A DNA stretch of 63,773 bases, the filler included, from Octopus bimaculoides (Eukaryota), in NCBI RefSeq assembly GCF_001194135.2. It is 5 parts of 4 records of this genome, joined end to end, with 100 filler letters (N's around TTAATTAATTAA, not from the genome) between each part and the next. Parts side by side here need not be neighbours in the genome. Positions count along the whole stretch, not along the records: positions 11,692 to 33,034 come from NC_068985.1; positions 33,135 to 51,842 come from NC_068982.1; 3 more parts are not named here. The stretch is one strand, 5' to 3'. Positions within the stretch are counted from its first letter, which is position 1, and each line of letters starts with the position of its first letter. This document shows positions 26,018 to 38,130 of the stretch, in pieces. The position numbers and the translations under genes were made by a program. Under the pieces are notes generated by a model, which was given only the letters and a program-made list of their open reading frames with translations, was not told where the DNA came from and searched no databases.

Positions 26018-26898
26018 NNNNNNNNNNNNNNNNNNNNNNNNNNNNNNNNNNNNNNNNNNNNNNNNNNNNNNNNNNNNNNNNNNNNNNNNNNNNNNNNNNN
26101 NNNNNNNNNNNNNNNNNNNNNNNNNNNNNNNNNNNNNNNNNNNNNNNNNNNNNNNNNNNNNNNNNNNNNNNNNNNNNNNNNNNNNNNNNNNNNNNNNNNN
26201 NNNNNNNNNNNNNNNNNNNNNNNNNNNNNNNNNNNNNNNNNNNNNNNNNNNNNNNNNNNNNNNNNNNNNNNNNNNNNNNNNNNNNNNNNNNNNNNNNNNN
26301 NNNNNNNNNNNNNNNNNNNNNNNNNNNNNNNNNNNNNNNNNNNNNNNNNNNNNNNNNNNNNNNNNNNNNNNNNNNNNNNNNNNNNNNNNNNNNNNNNNNN
26401 NNNNNNNNNNNNNNNNNNNNNNNNNNNNNNNNNNNNNNNNNNNNNNNNNNNNNNAAGTAGACACCCTGTGCAATTCGCACACCCGATCATCCCACGCAAT
26501 GCCACTGGTGCATGTGGGATAAGATTGTATTCGTCGGAATCATAGTTCAATAATCCTAAGTGTCAGGAACCGACTGGTGGCTGGCAATTCTGTGCAAATA
26601 TCAATAAACAAAGATATTTATAAGAAACGAGAGAACAGAATCGGCTTGAACGTAATGTTCTTGAAAACACCAAAACTTAACTGTGCTGGTTGAGCAGAAT
26701 TATTGCCAATGACGGTAAACCCACCAAGTAATTTAACTGTTTTTCTGTTACACTGGCAAACGGTAAGTCAAGATAATCATTAACGTTTAATTCCCATTTA
26801 ATGTCACAATGTACCATAAAACATATATGGGTGCCATTTTAGCGTACAGTCTATCAGGTTATTTACACTTTTGCATGCAATCTAACACTGACCTTAAA

Positions 26899-26928
26899 CC
26901 CTAACCCTAACCCTAACCCTAACCCTAA
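26899..26928. repeat. Five CCCTAA (TTAGGG) telomere-type units
   Basis: Seen directly. Confidence 0.9.
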
Positions 26929-27089
26929 CCCCCAGCCAAAACCTAAATCTAAGCCAGATCAAGTCATTTTACAGCGTAGACTACGGATACTGCAGTAGAC
27001 TGCGCGCTTAAGTTGCACTCACATACGAGATACAATGCAGAAGTTTTGAGACTTTTGAGAAGAGGCAATTATAACTGTCCAAGGTTTTT

Positions 27090-27560
27090 ATAATGAAGAT
27101 AACATGGACGTCGCTCGGGCTCGAAAGATTGATCGTTATGTAAACCTCCTCGAGGAATGTGAAGACGCAGGCTGGAAAGTGGAACATTTTTCAATCGAAG
27201 TCGGATGTAAAGGTTTCATAGGACACAGTGTGAGACGACTGCTGTTATCGTTAGGTCAAACTGATCGTAAGGTAAATACCACCATGACCGATATCCAAAA
27301 TACAGTGGAGAAGGCTAGCCACTGGATTTGGTTAAAAAGAGACGATGAGCGATGACTAGAGGAATATTGAGTTTTATTTAATAACCAGTTGATCTAGCAA
27401 GCGGGGCCTCATATCAGTGAGGGGTGCCGGGGTGAATTGATGCCGTTGAGAGGTAGGCCCCGAAACGGCACTCATTCTCTCCTGATGACCCCATACACTT
27501 GCTAGCTTCCGGTATGAAGAGTTATCGATTGGTAGTACTTGCATGTGTATGTTGTCTTTC
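27090..27560 (+). mobile_element. 5'-truncated HERO-type (R2-group) non-LTR retrotransposon: endonuclease C-terminus and 3' UTR
   Basis: EDNMDVARARKIDRYVNLLEECEDAGWKVEHFSIEVGCKGF..SLG..EKASHWIWLKR. The GW...IEVG.GF and AS.WIWLKR motifs are characteristic of HERO-like RLE domains; 3' boundary approximate. Confidence 0.75.
27417..27496 (+). ncRNA. Non-circularly permuted hammerhead-like motif in the HERO-type 3' UTR
   Basis: Stem III UGCCGU/ACGGCA; GUU^ site at 27447/27448; stem I GAGAG/CUCUC; stem II GGGGU/GCCCC; GAAA 27462-27465; CUGAUGA 27482-27488; X GUGAGGGG/CCCCAUAC (one mismatch); enclosed by CUAGCAAG/CUUGCUAG. Confidence 0.7.
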
Positions 27561-28493
27561 AAACAACATTATTTTAGTAAATAATTGTTATACATTCAAT
27601 AAGTGAAGTGCACCTGCCAATTGTTGTTATCGCAGGTTGAAAGAGGCAGCTGTAACTGCACTTTGACACACCCTACAAAACATTGCCTTTCACAGCTGAC
27701 TAGTTTGCAGAATTAATCGAAGTAATCGATTTATCACCTACACCTAAAATTGCAGGCCTTGTGCTAACATTTGAAACCGGTTTTATAAAATTCTTAGAAA
27801 ATTCGGAATATAATGTAATTTTAATAATTTTTTATAGATTCGTACCAGGCTTTAAATGTAAAAAGTACTGGGACGATTCCTTCGACTAAAAGATTCTACA
27901 AGGCGGTGCTCCAGCTTGCCGCAGTCTAGTGGATGAAACAAGCTAGCGATAAATGATAAAAGATACAAATATAAATTATGCACGAGGAAATGGCTTGAGT
28001 ATTGACCTCAGAAAATGACTGAGGGAAGATGATTGGTAAAGTTGATCTCGGTGGAATTTGAACTCAGAATAGAAAGTAGCAGAACAAATATTGTATGGTT
28101 CTGTCGGGTGGTTATGCGTTTGTGTGTATATGTATGTGTGTTTATGGGTTTGTGTGTGTTTGTGATAATATTCGTTTATTTGTGTGTATTTGTATGTGTG
28201 TATGTTTGTATGTGTACGTTCATGGGTATGCGTACATATTTGTGGTTTGTGTACAGGTCGGTTATGTGTGTGTTAATGTATATATCGGATTCATGGGTAT
28301 GCACGCACACTTGTGTGTATGTGTGTGTGTGCGTGTGTGCGTGTGTGTGTGTGTGTGTGTATGTGTGTGTGTGCATCCATTTACAACATTATTTAACCAC
28401 CAGTATTCTAAAAGATGAATAAAACTTCATCCGGTCTTGATTTCCCGTCATTCATAAATCAGTTCTGTATTAACCTTATCTCTAACCACAATC

Positions 28494-28533
<40 letters not shown>

Positions 28534-29258
28534 TGTGTGCGTGTATATATACACATACATACACACTCACACAGATATATATTAATTTGATTAATGTAAT
28601 CAAATTAACTGATTAATAAAGTTTTTTTTTTTTAAATAATACAATCTTTGTGGAACATGAACAATAATACAAATTTAAATTTATGAGTAAAGCGAATATT
28701 GATAATATTTTTTTAATTGCCGAAGTACAGTTATCATGTAACAGCTTATTTAAATGTGAACTTAGAATTGAATCTTATTCAACGAAATTATTTGTTGGAG
28801 ATTTATAACTAGCTTTGTCATCTAAAATACGCTACGAAAAACATGTATGATGTTATCTGTTTAAAATAACTAGAGAGATGTCATCTATTTGAAGAATAAC
28901 AGTTAAGTTCGTATCAAGATATTTAATATGTTGAGTATTAAATATGGCAACTAGAAAATATTTATTTATTGTGGAAAAAAAAAAATGAGATCTTTTCTAT
29001 GGTACATAGGCGCAGGATTGGCTGTGTGTATAAGAAGCGCATTTTTTAACTACCTTGTTTCGGTTTCAGCCCCACTGAATGGCACCTTGGTCAAGTGTTT
29101 TCTACTATAGCTCCGAACTAACCAATGCCTTAGGAGTGAATTTGCTATTCGGAAGACGAACGGCTTAGAAGCTCGACAGGTGTATATATAAGTGTGTGTG
29201 TGTGTGTGTGTGTTTGTTTGTGTGTGTATGCAAGCATGTCTGTATATATGTATACATA

Positions 29259-29298
<40 letters not shown>

Positions 29299-30249
29299 CT
29301 ATGTATAAATAAAATGAAAAATACACATTGTGTACAGGACATCACCACCAAGTGAAAATGCGTAAACACACGAGAGAAAAGTACAGGATAAAATACCAAA
29401 AGTAGATAACTGCTCGCCAGTTGTCGGACTGTTTATTACTCCTATTTCGTGCTTTTAACGACAATATAAGGAACTTCATAACACAGCAGTATCTAGAAAT
29501 TTTTTAAATATAAAATTGAAGGCAAGTTAGAGCTTCGATCGGACAAACAACGACAGAGTGGATGTACAGAGTAAACAATCGACGAAGTCAAACATTAAGG
29601 GCCGTTAGGCCAAGACGAATTGTAATGAGGAACATCTGGGAGAAATTGTTTCAAGAAATAGAATAAGTAGAAGTGAAGAAAATAGTAGAATAGAATGATT
29701 AGAAGAGACGGATTAGTAGAAGAAAAATGTCGGGAGTCGAGAAAAATGACATCCAACCCGGTGAACGTCTAGATCAGAAAAGAAAGGGGCAATAGAAATG
29801 GTCAGTAGTCACGTGTGAGTAACAGAGGCAGAGGGAAAGAGGGGCAAGAAAAAGTATGAGGGTAAGAAACAAAAGGAGCGAGAAGGGAGAAGGAAGAGCA
29901 GATAGTAGGGAGTGGAAGAAAGACAGATAGGGGAAGCAAAGAAGTTTGTAGTGGGATACAGAGAAAGAATGCAGTGTGTAGTCGCAGAAATTATATATAG
30001 ATGTAAGAACTTACTGTGGTCAAGACTACGTGGCGTTCGATTATAAATAAATAAAATGAAAATTACACATTGTGTACGCGAGTTTCAAAGTGTGATGCTA
30101 ATCCTCAGCCATTGGAAACTCTGAGTAAGGATTTTGAATCAAACTGTTTTGATCCATTCATTTATGTATGTATGTGTGTGTGTATGTATGTATGTGATGA
30201 TGAGGAGGAGAGTGAATGAGCCAAAAAAAAAACACAAAAAAAAAGAGGG

Positions 30250-30360
30250 AGAAGGTTACACAAATGTGTTATTAGTGTAACGGTTCAAAAGGAAAGGGTC
30301 TTTGACGTTTCGGACATTAGAACCCCTTGAGAGAAACGGAAAGGAGACAAAGTGGTGGAA
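30250..30360 (-). mobile_element. Penelope-like repeat relic with decayed minimal HHR
   Basis: Minus strand keeps CCGAAACGUC^AAAGA but the CUGANGA half is lost. Confidence 0.45.
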
Positions 30361-30699
30361 AAGAAAGAAGGAATAGGTTTATATATGTATGTGTGTGCAT
30401 GTATGTCTACCTGTGTGAGCCTTTATGCCTGTGTTTGTCACACACCACACCACACCACACCACACCACACCACACCACTCCTCTACTTGGCAACCGGTGT
30501 TGGTTTGTTTGCCTCCCCGTAATAACGATTAGGCAAAAGAGAGATTAAGTACCAGATTTTGCGATTTTTATTTTCACGGAAACCTTTCGAGACGGTACTC
30601 CAGCATGGCCGCAGTCTAGTAACTGAAACAAATAAAAGCTAAAACATACCAGACACATTTCATATTACTATTATAATCACTAGTGTGACTAATACTATT

Positions 30700-30927
30700 T
30701 GACTTAAGCCAGAAGGCTGACAGAATCGTTAGTGTTTCGGACAAAATGCTTAGCGGCGCTTCTTCCAGTTCTTTGCGTTCTTAACTCAAATCGAAATCCG
30801 TTAAAATTTGCCTTTTTTCCTTTAGGGGTCGATAAACACAAGTTGAACACTGCTGTTGATATAGTCGACTTTCCTGCTCCCCCAAATTTGGTATTCTTGT
30901 ATCAAAATTTGAAAAATGTCATCATTA

Positions 30928-30958
<31 letters not shown>

Positions 30959-31135
30959 TGAAGCGGCGAGCATGCAGAACCGATAGCACGCCGGACGAAA
31001 TGCTTAGCGATATTTCGACCGTCACTACCTTCTGAGTTCAAATTCCGCCGTGGTCGACTTTACTTTTCATCCTTTCGGGGTCGACTTATCTCCTTCCCCA
31101 AATTCCAGGCCTTGTGCCCATAATAGAATGGATCA
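30700..31135 (+). mobile_element. Two SINE family B copies
   Basis: Heads GAAGGCTGACAGAATCGTTAG and GCGGCGAGCATGCAGAACCGATAGCACGCCGG with the family core. Confidence 0.8.
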
Positions 31136-31155
31136 TTACTATTATTATTATTATT

Positions 31156-31500
31156 GGCTTTGCACAGCTTCTAACGCTGGAGATTTACTACAGTGTCAGC
31201 CGTTCACTACCAGTGAACTAAGGTAACACCTCTTATTTTTCGAACACCTTCCGGAGTATTCGAGTGGTTCCAAGCAGTGCTGTTTTCTGCAAGTGCTCCA
31301 CCCTTATTGTAGCCCCTATTTGTTTCACATACTTCTAGAGATTTTTGCTCACTGTTCCCAGGGCTCCGACAATTATTGATACAACTGCTACCTTTTTCAT
31401 CGACCACAACTGCTTAACTTTCCAAGCTAACCTGCCATATCTCTCGACTTTTCTTTCTTCCATATCGCATACCTTGTTGACAGCTGGGCACGCTATATAT
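31156..31500 (-). mobile_element. Third R4/Dong-type fragment (endonuclease C-terminus and 3' UTR)
   Basis: IACP..KVERYGRLAWKVKQLWSMKKVAVVSIIVGALGTVSKNL*..LQKTALLGTTRILRKVF; (AAT)n tail at 31135-31155. Confidence 0.85.
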
Positions 31501-31539
31501 ATGATCGAACATAGCAGTGTATGTCACAAAAGTGACACT

Positions 31540-31975
31540 GAGTAAAATATACGAAGCCCAGTATACCCATCATGACTACCCGTCTGATAAGGGTACACCA
31601 GGCGCATGCATCACAACCCAATGTGCGCGACATTATGATTTCATATCAAGATAAACAGCGCATGACCTCGCAGGTGGGGCCCAGTTAGAATTTTCTTCGG
31701 GTTGAGTAGCTCATCCCGCTCAAAAAGTCCCTGAATAAAGGTTGTTTAAGGATGTTGGACAAAACACCCATGTTTCCAGGGATGAATTATCCAAACTTCG
31801 AAGAATTCCTCGTTACACATGACTATGATGCTCCCTCACTACTTCTGCTCGTGATCAGATATGCACATATTGCCAGTCACCAAGGGACATGCTCAACTAG
31901 TTAAGGTCAAACAACTGACAAGCAAATCTGTTATTAAGCAGAATGTTTGCTGTAGCCTGTCTTTTATATGGGAGA
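31540..31975 (-). mobile_element. Interspersed repeat, probably a non-autonomous or 5' LINE-derived segment
   Basis: GC-richer block with no ORF; recognised only as repeat-like, family and strand uncertain. Confidence 0.35.
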
Positions 31976-32060
31976 ATATACGAAAAAACAACAACAGACG
32001 AGGACAGGTGGTGTAAATAACAAAAGGATGTATTAGTATGACGCTCGGGAATACGGAGAG

Positions 32061-32097
32061 TCTTTGACGTTTCGAGCTACGCTCTTCAACAGAAAGA
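32061..32097 (-). ncRNA. Minimal type-I hammerhead motif (CUGUUGA core variant) in a Penelope-like repeat
   Basis: UCUUU CUGUUGA A GAGC-GUA-GCUC GAAA CGUC^AAAGA: stem I 5 bp, stem II 4 bp, palindromic ACGU stem III. Confidence 0.75.
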
Positions 32098-32429
32098 ATA
32101 CGGCGACAAGGAGAAAAGCACGGAGAAAAAAAATTGAATAGTGTTCAGTCAACGGTCAATCATTATATATATAAACACACACGCATATATATTTGTTTAT
32201 TTATCTATGTGCATGTGTTTTTATGTGTTAGACTCCCCATCATCGCTTGACAACTGGTGTTGTTGTGTTTAGGTCTCTGTAACTTAGCGGTTCGACAAAG
32301 AAACCGATAGAATAAGTACTGGGCTTAAAAATAATCCCTGGGGTCGCATGTATCGACAAAACCACATGAAGGCGGTGCTCCAGCATGGCCGCAGTCAAAT
32401 GACCGAAACAAGGAATAGAATTAGGCAAA

Positions 32430-32683
32430 ATAAATTCTGCATTTATTCGTGTATAAGCCGCACTGTACTATACTTGATTTTAATTGAAAAAAACTCCAAA
32501 AAAACTCGGATAGGACTTATACAAGGGTCAAAGCTACAATCATAAATATAAATAATTTCCTACCAAGATCTAACACTATATAATGGGGAGTGACTTATGC
32601 AGAAGTGCGACTTATAGACGAGTGTGACTTACATACGAGTGTGATTTATACACGAGTGTGATTTATACAGGAGTGAATACGGT
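32430..32683. mobile_element. pogo/Tc1-type MITE with five 17-bp subterminal repeats (32592-32676)
   Basis: Left ATTTATTCGTGTATAAGCCGCAC is roughly inverted to right GTGCGACTTATA(C/G)ACGAG...AATACGGT; unit GA(C/T)TTATACACGAGTGT. Confidence 0.65.
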
Positions 32684-35125
32684 GTACCTGAATAGTACTG
32701 TTTTCAGCTGCCATTGTACGTTCACCAAGTAGAAAGGTCTTTCTCATTCGTGAAGGGCCCTGTACGTGCCGATTTAGATTTTCTAGTGTTGGTGTTTAAT
32801 GCGATTAACTCGTGTGACATTTTTACTACTCATGTGTGTAAGCGTGTGCGTGTCTGTCAGTATGCACCTGTGTGTGTATGTATTGTACACGCACACACCC
32901 ATTTTATGTTTTTTTCCTTGATTTAGTTATTACGCTGAGGCCATGCTGTGGCACCAGTTTGAAAAATTTTAGTCGAAAGAATTGACACCAATATTTAAAT
33001 ATGCTAAATCTGGTACTTATATATATATATATATNNNNNNNNNNNNNNNNNNNNNNNNNNNNNNNNNNNNNNNNNNNNTTAATTAATTAANNNNNNNNNN
33101 NNNNNNNNNNNNNNNNNNNNNNNNNNNNNNNNNNTATATATATATATATATGTATATATGTAATATAATATTTAAATAAATAAACGTAATATATCTGTGA
33201 GTATAATATATATATTATATATATAATATGTATATTATATATAATATAATATATATGTTTATATAGAAATGTAAAAGAATATACATACATAAGTACGCAC
33301 ACACACATACACACATATGTATGTATGCGTGTATTTATATGTACTGATAGCTATATATAATTATACCATGTATTAATTTATCTATATTTGTATATATATC
33401 ACATAAGTATATATGCATATCTATAATATATTCACACACACAGACACAGACAGACAGACAGACAGAAAGACACTTACACACACACATTACTATACTTTTT
33501 AAACTTTATTATGTTAAACTTCATTATCCTAAGAAAGTGTGTTATATAGAACACTTTTTAACATTTCGGTTTCATGTAAATATATATGAAAATAATTTAC
33601 TCAATAACTTTCCTGAAATTTACATATAGAAAATATGCATGAATTATATTGCCTTTAACAAAGTATTTGTAAAAGAGAAAAGGTCGTAATGGAGTGTATT
33701 TTGTATATGCCATAACCTAACATTTAAAAGAATATGATATGGCGTTATTCAGTGATGCATGTCACTCACCATTCTACACTTTAACGATCTTTTGTTTATG
33801 CAGCAAAGAGCAAATAACAAGAGGTGCGTGATAGAGCAGATAGAGTCTAAGAGGGGTACAAGTTCTTGATAATTCTCCAGGCTGTGATGAAATAATTTTG
33901 AAAAATTAATTAATTTACTAATTAATTGACTAAAACAGGAATTCGCCATCAATGAAAAGCGCACTCGACGGAAATAAAAGCCAGTAGCGCCGGTAGAGAG
34001 CTCCTTCAAATGAAGACGTTGTATACGTAAGTGCCACTCCTGTGTGAACCTCTACAACCACAGCAAACTCTGCACCACCTTCAGCAGCTGACACAATTTC
34101 TTCGGGCATTGATCCATGGTCTCTCGAGACCGACGGATGCCTACTATAAAACTGAATTGAAATGTTAAGAGCCCTTATCTTCTCAGTTGTTGAAGTGCTT
34201 CACAACAGTCTCAAAATTTGGTAGCGTAATTGTATTTTGGGACGAAAATAAATTTTAAATTAGTAACGTGTAGGTCAGAGGGAACTCCATTGCGTACGGT
34301 GAGAGAGAATAATCTCACATGAATCCCAGGAAGTGAAAGGTGACATTCAGTATATGAATAAAAAGTGGAAAGAAAATACAACATGAGGCAATACCAGATG
34401 CATCAGTTTCGCTGTCAAGAAATGTAGCTTGAGATGCATCGAAATGTTCTGAAACAGAAGCTAATGCAACATTCTACAAGGAATTTTGTTTATGTCTATA
34501 TATATTTGAATACATACATGCGTATATATATATATATATATATATATATATNNNNNNNNNNNNNNNNNNNNNNNNNNNNNNNNNNNNNNNNNNNNNNNNN
34601 NNNNNNNNNNNNNNNNNNNNNNNNNNNNNNNNNNNNNNNNNNNNNNNNNNNNNNNNNNNNNNNNNNNNNNNNNNNNNNNNNNNNNNNNNNNNNNNNNNNN
34701 NNNNNNNNNNNNNNNNNNNNNNNNNNNNNNNNNNNNNNNNNNNNNNNNNNNNNNNNNNNNNNNNNNNNNNNNNNNNNNNNNNNNNNNNNNNNNNNNNNNN
34801 NNNNNNNNNNNNNNNNNNNNNNNNNNNNNNNNNNNNNNNNNNNNNNNNNNNNNNNNNNNNNNNNNNNNNNNNNNNNNNNNNNNNNNNNNNNNNNNNNNNN
34901 NNNNNNNNNNNNNNNNNNNNNNNNNNNNNNNNNNNNNNNNNNNNNNNNNNNNNNNNNNNNNNNNNNNNNNNNNNNNNNNNNNNNNNNNNNNNNNNNNNNN
35001 NNNNNNNNNNNNNNNNNNNNNNNNNNNNNNNNNNNNNNNNNNNNNNNNNNNNNNNNNNNNNNNNNNNNNNNNNNNNNNNNNNNNNNNNNNNNNNNNNNNN
35101 NNNNNNNNNNNNNNNNNNNNNNNNN

Positions 35126-35306
35126 AGTTGCAGGATTACTCATTTTTACCAGCTGAGAGAACTGGAGTAACGTGAAATTAAGTGGTTTGCTCAAGAATTG
35201 CAGTTTCAATTCCTGAGCCGAGCGACACCTTGAGTTCCTGAGCAAACCACTTAATTTCACGTTACTCCAGTTCTCTCAGTTTGTAAAAGTGAGTAATCCT
35301 GTAACT
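35126..35306. repeat. Inverted repeat, 72-bp arms (35126-35197 and 35235-35306), 37-nt spacer, 5 differences
   Basis: Arms read as reverse complements; they resemble a SINE core (GCTGAG.GAACTGGAG.AACGTGAAAT.AAGTG..TTGCTCAAG). Confidence 0.9.
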
Positions 35307-35592
35307 ACCGGTGATCCGGCCGATGGGTAAGTATATATACGCCACCACGGAAACCATATTAGTCTTGAGTCCCATATTAATCATCCCATATTAGTCCAGA
35401 GACCACAGGGCTCGTGAGTGATACTTTAACCTCATCTATGCGCGCGCGAGCGCGCGCACACACACACACACATATATTCATATAGTCAATTCAAAGAACA
35501 AACAATAGAAAAACAGAGGAGAAAAGGAAAACGACCGACGTGAGGATGTGCACAAGAAATATATTAATTTGCCGCTCGGTGAAAGGAGAAAG

Positions 35593-35628
35593 CTGTTAAC
35601 GTTTCGAGCATAGCTCTTGTCGGGAAGA
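35593..35628 (-). ncRNA. Degenerate minimal hammerhead motif in a Penelope-like repeat
   Basis: CCCGAC-AA GAGC-UAU-GCUC GAAAC GUU: G8 missing, so probably inactive. Confidence 0.5.
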
Positions 35629-36960
35629 GAAAAAAATCCAAAGAAAAATAAGGAAAAATAAGGCAAAATCGCCAACAATCCACGTATAAATATATATATA
35701 TATATATAATAATAATATTATTAGGGACAAAATCCAAAATTACAGGTAAAAAACTCAATTAAAATCAATTTATAAAAAATTAAAATTAAATTGAGCCTTA
35801 TAGATAAAGTATATATAAAATATATATAGTTTTAGGGAAAATAACCAATTTTCAAGAACTCATCGATGAAAATCCACTATCACATATAGAAAAATTAATA
35901 ATTAAAAGCACAATAAATGAGTATAATATAAAGTAAAGTAAATATCATAAGATAAATATAATAAAAAGATTACACNNNNNNNNNNNNNNNNNNNNNNNNN
36001 NNNNNNNNNNNNNNNNNNNNNNNNNNNNNNNNNNNNNNNNNNNNNNNNNNNNNNNNNNNNNNNNNNNNNNNNNNNNNNNNNNNNNNNNNNNNNNNNNNNN
36101 NNNNNNNNNNNNNNNNNNNNNNNNNNNNNNNNNNNNNNNNNNNNNNNNNNNNNNNNNNNNNNNNNNNNNNNNNNNNNNNNNNNNNNNNNNNNNNNNNNNN
36201 NNNNNNNNNNNNNNNNNNNNNNNNNNNNNNNNNNNNNNNNNNNNNNNNNNNNNNNNNNNNNNNNNNNNNNNNNNNNNNNNNNNNNNNNNNNNNNNNNNNN
36301 NNNNNNNNNNNNNNNNNNNNNNNNNNNNNNNNNNNNNNNNNNNNNNNNNNNNNNNNNNNNNNNNNNNNNNNNNNNNNNNNNNNNNNNNNNNNNNNNNNNN
36401 NNNNNNNNNNNNNNNNNNNNNNNNNNNNNNNNNNNNNNNNNNNNNNNNNNNNNNNNNNNNNNNNNNNNNNNNNNNNNNNNNNNNNNNNNNNNNNNNNNNN
36501 NNNNNNNNNNNNNNNNNNNNNNNNNNNNNNNNNNNNNNNNNNNNNNNNNNNNNNNNNNNNNNNNNNNNNNNNNNNNNNNNNNNNNNNNNNNNNNNNNNNN
36601 NNNNNNNNNNNNNNNNNNNNNNNNNNNNNNNNNNNNNNNNNNNNNNNNNNNNNNNNNNNNNNNNNNNNNNNNNNNNNNNNNNNNNNNNNNNNNNNNNNNN
36701 NNNNNNNNNNNNNNNNNNNNNNNNNNNNNNNNNNNNNNNNNNNNNNNNNNNNNNNNNNNNNNNNNNNNNNNNNNNNNNNNNNNNNNNNNNNNNNNNNNNN
36801 NNNNNNNNNNNNNNNNNNNNNNNNNNNNNNNNNNNNNNNNNNNNNNNNNNNNNNNNNNNNNNNNNNNNNNNNNNNNNNNNNNNNNNNNNNNNNNNNNNNN
36901 NNNNNNNNNNNNNNNNNNNNNNNNNNNNNNNNNNNNNNNNNNNNNATATATATATATATA

Positions 36961-37098
36961 TATAGTTTAGGACAATCAGTAAGTTCTCATGATAGGACTC
37001 AGTTTCAAATGCCGGAGCCAAGAGCTACGATGCATTCTCATCGGCTATTTGAAACTCTGAGTCCTATTATGACAACTTACTGATTTTCCTAAACTATA
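36961..37098. repeat. Foldback element, arms about 55 bp (36961-37014 and 37042-37098)
   Basis: TATAGTTTAGGACAATCAGTAAG...CAAATGCCG is inverted to CGGCTATTTG...TTACTGATTTTCCTAAACTATA with a few indels. Confidence 0.85.
36992..37048 (-). ncRNA. Type-I hammerhead motif inside the foldback element
   Basis: AUAG CCGAUGA GAAUGC..19 nt..GCAUUU GAAA C-UGA-GUC^CUAU: stem I 4 bp, stem II 6 bp, 2-bp stem III, site at 36996/36995. Confidence 0.65.
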
Positions 37099-38099
37099 CA
37101 TATATAAATTCCTCTATTTACCTAATATCGAGGTCTCATTCTTTTGTCATCATTTTTTATTGTATATAATTGTTAAAGAGGACAACAAACATTATGGCAA
37201 GGCAAACATCTCAAGTCGTTTACAATATTATTATAGGAAAGAATTCAAAATTCTACAGCTGTTTCTGGTATATCCCCAAGTATGGGATATTCCGCCATCA
37301 GAGACAAATAGGGGAAAATAGGGAAAATGAGAATGGTATATATTAAACAGATGGCGACGTAGAGGAAGGGAGTAAAGAAATAAGGAGATGGAGAGAGAGA
37401 GAAGAGAAAAGAGAATCGTTTAGATGACCCGTGAACTAAACGTCATACTTTGTATGAATATAAATATGTGTGTGGTTGTGCTTGTGTCTGTGTGTCTGTG
37501 TGTGCGTGTATTTTACAGATGATATGCAGAGATTTTCCATATAGAAGACACTTAGTAGTGCTCAAAAGATTCAAACTTCAACTCCGATGTCTTTACAAGG
37601 GATCGATTCCACAAGGTAAAGAAAGGCTATAAGAGGGATCAAGTGAAGCTGGTATAGAGGCAATTATGCGGATAAACAAATATATTAAATATATTAAATA
37701 TAATAGTTTGGGTATGAAATACAAAATATGTATATATGTATACATGTAAAACGAGAGAAAGCAAAAGGTGGAGGCTTTTGGATGATAAATTTTCAAGATA
37801 TTTATATCAATAGGTCAAGGGAAACATCTGTTCGACTTCTAACACCTTTATTCCATTCCTTCAATTTTCTCTGTCGTTTGTACTCTGTGTAAGTTGGACC
37901 TATTAATGCAAATATCTATATATTTATACTTAAAAATTCATCATCTGAAAGTTTACACCTTTTGCTTTCTCTCGTTGTGCATGTATACATATATACATAT
38001 TTCGTATTTCATACCCAATCTATTATATTTAATATATTTAATATATTAATTGTATCTAATTTGTTTATCCGCATAATTGTATGTATGTATGTATGTATG

Positions 38100-38130
<31 letters not shown>

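Noticed and set aside
31540-31760. HDV-like ribozyme in the interspersed repeat
   Set aside because: A strong hairpin exists (CCUGGUGUACCC/GGGUAUACUGGG) but P1, P2, P3 and J4/2 could not be assigned.
32592-32676. Regular 17-bp repeats as a CRISPR-like array
   Set aside because: No spacers, eukaryotic context, subterminal repeats of a MITE.
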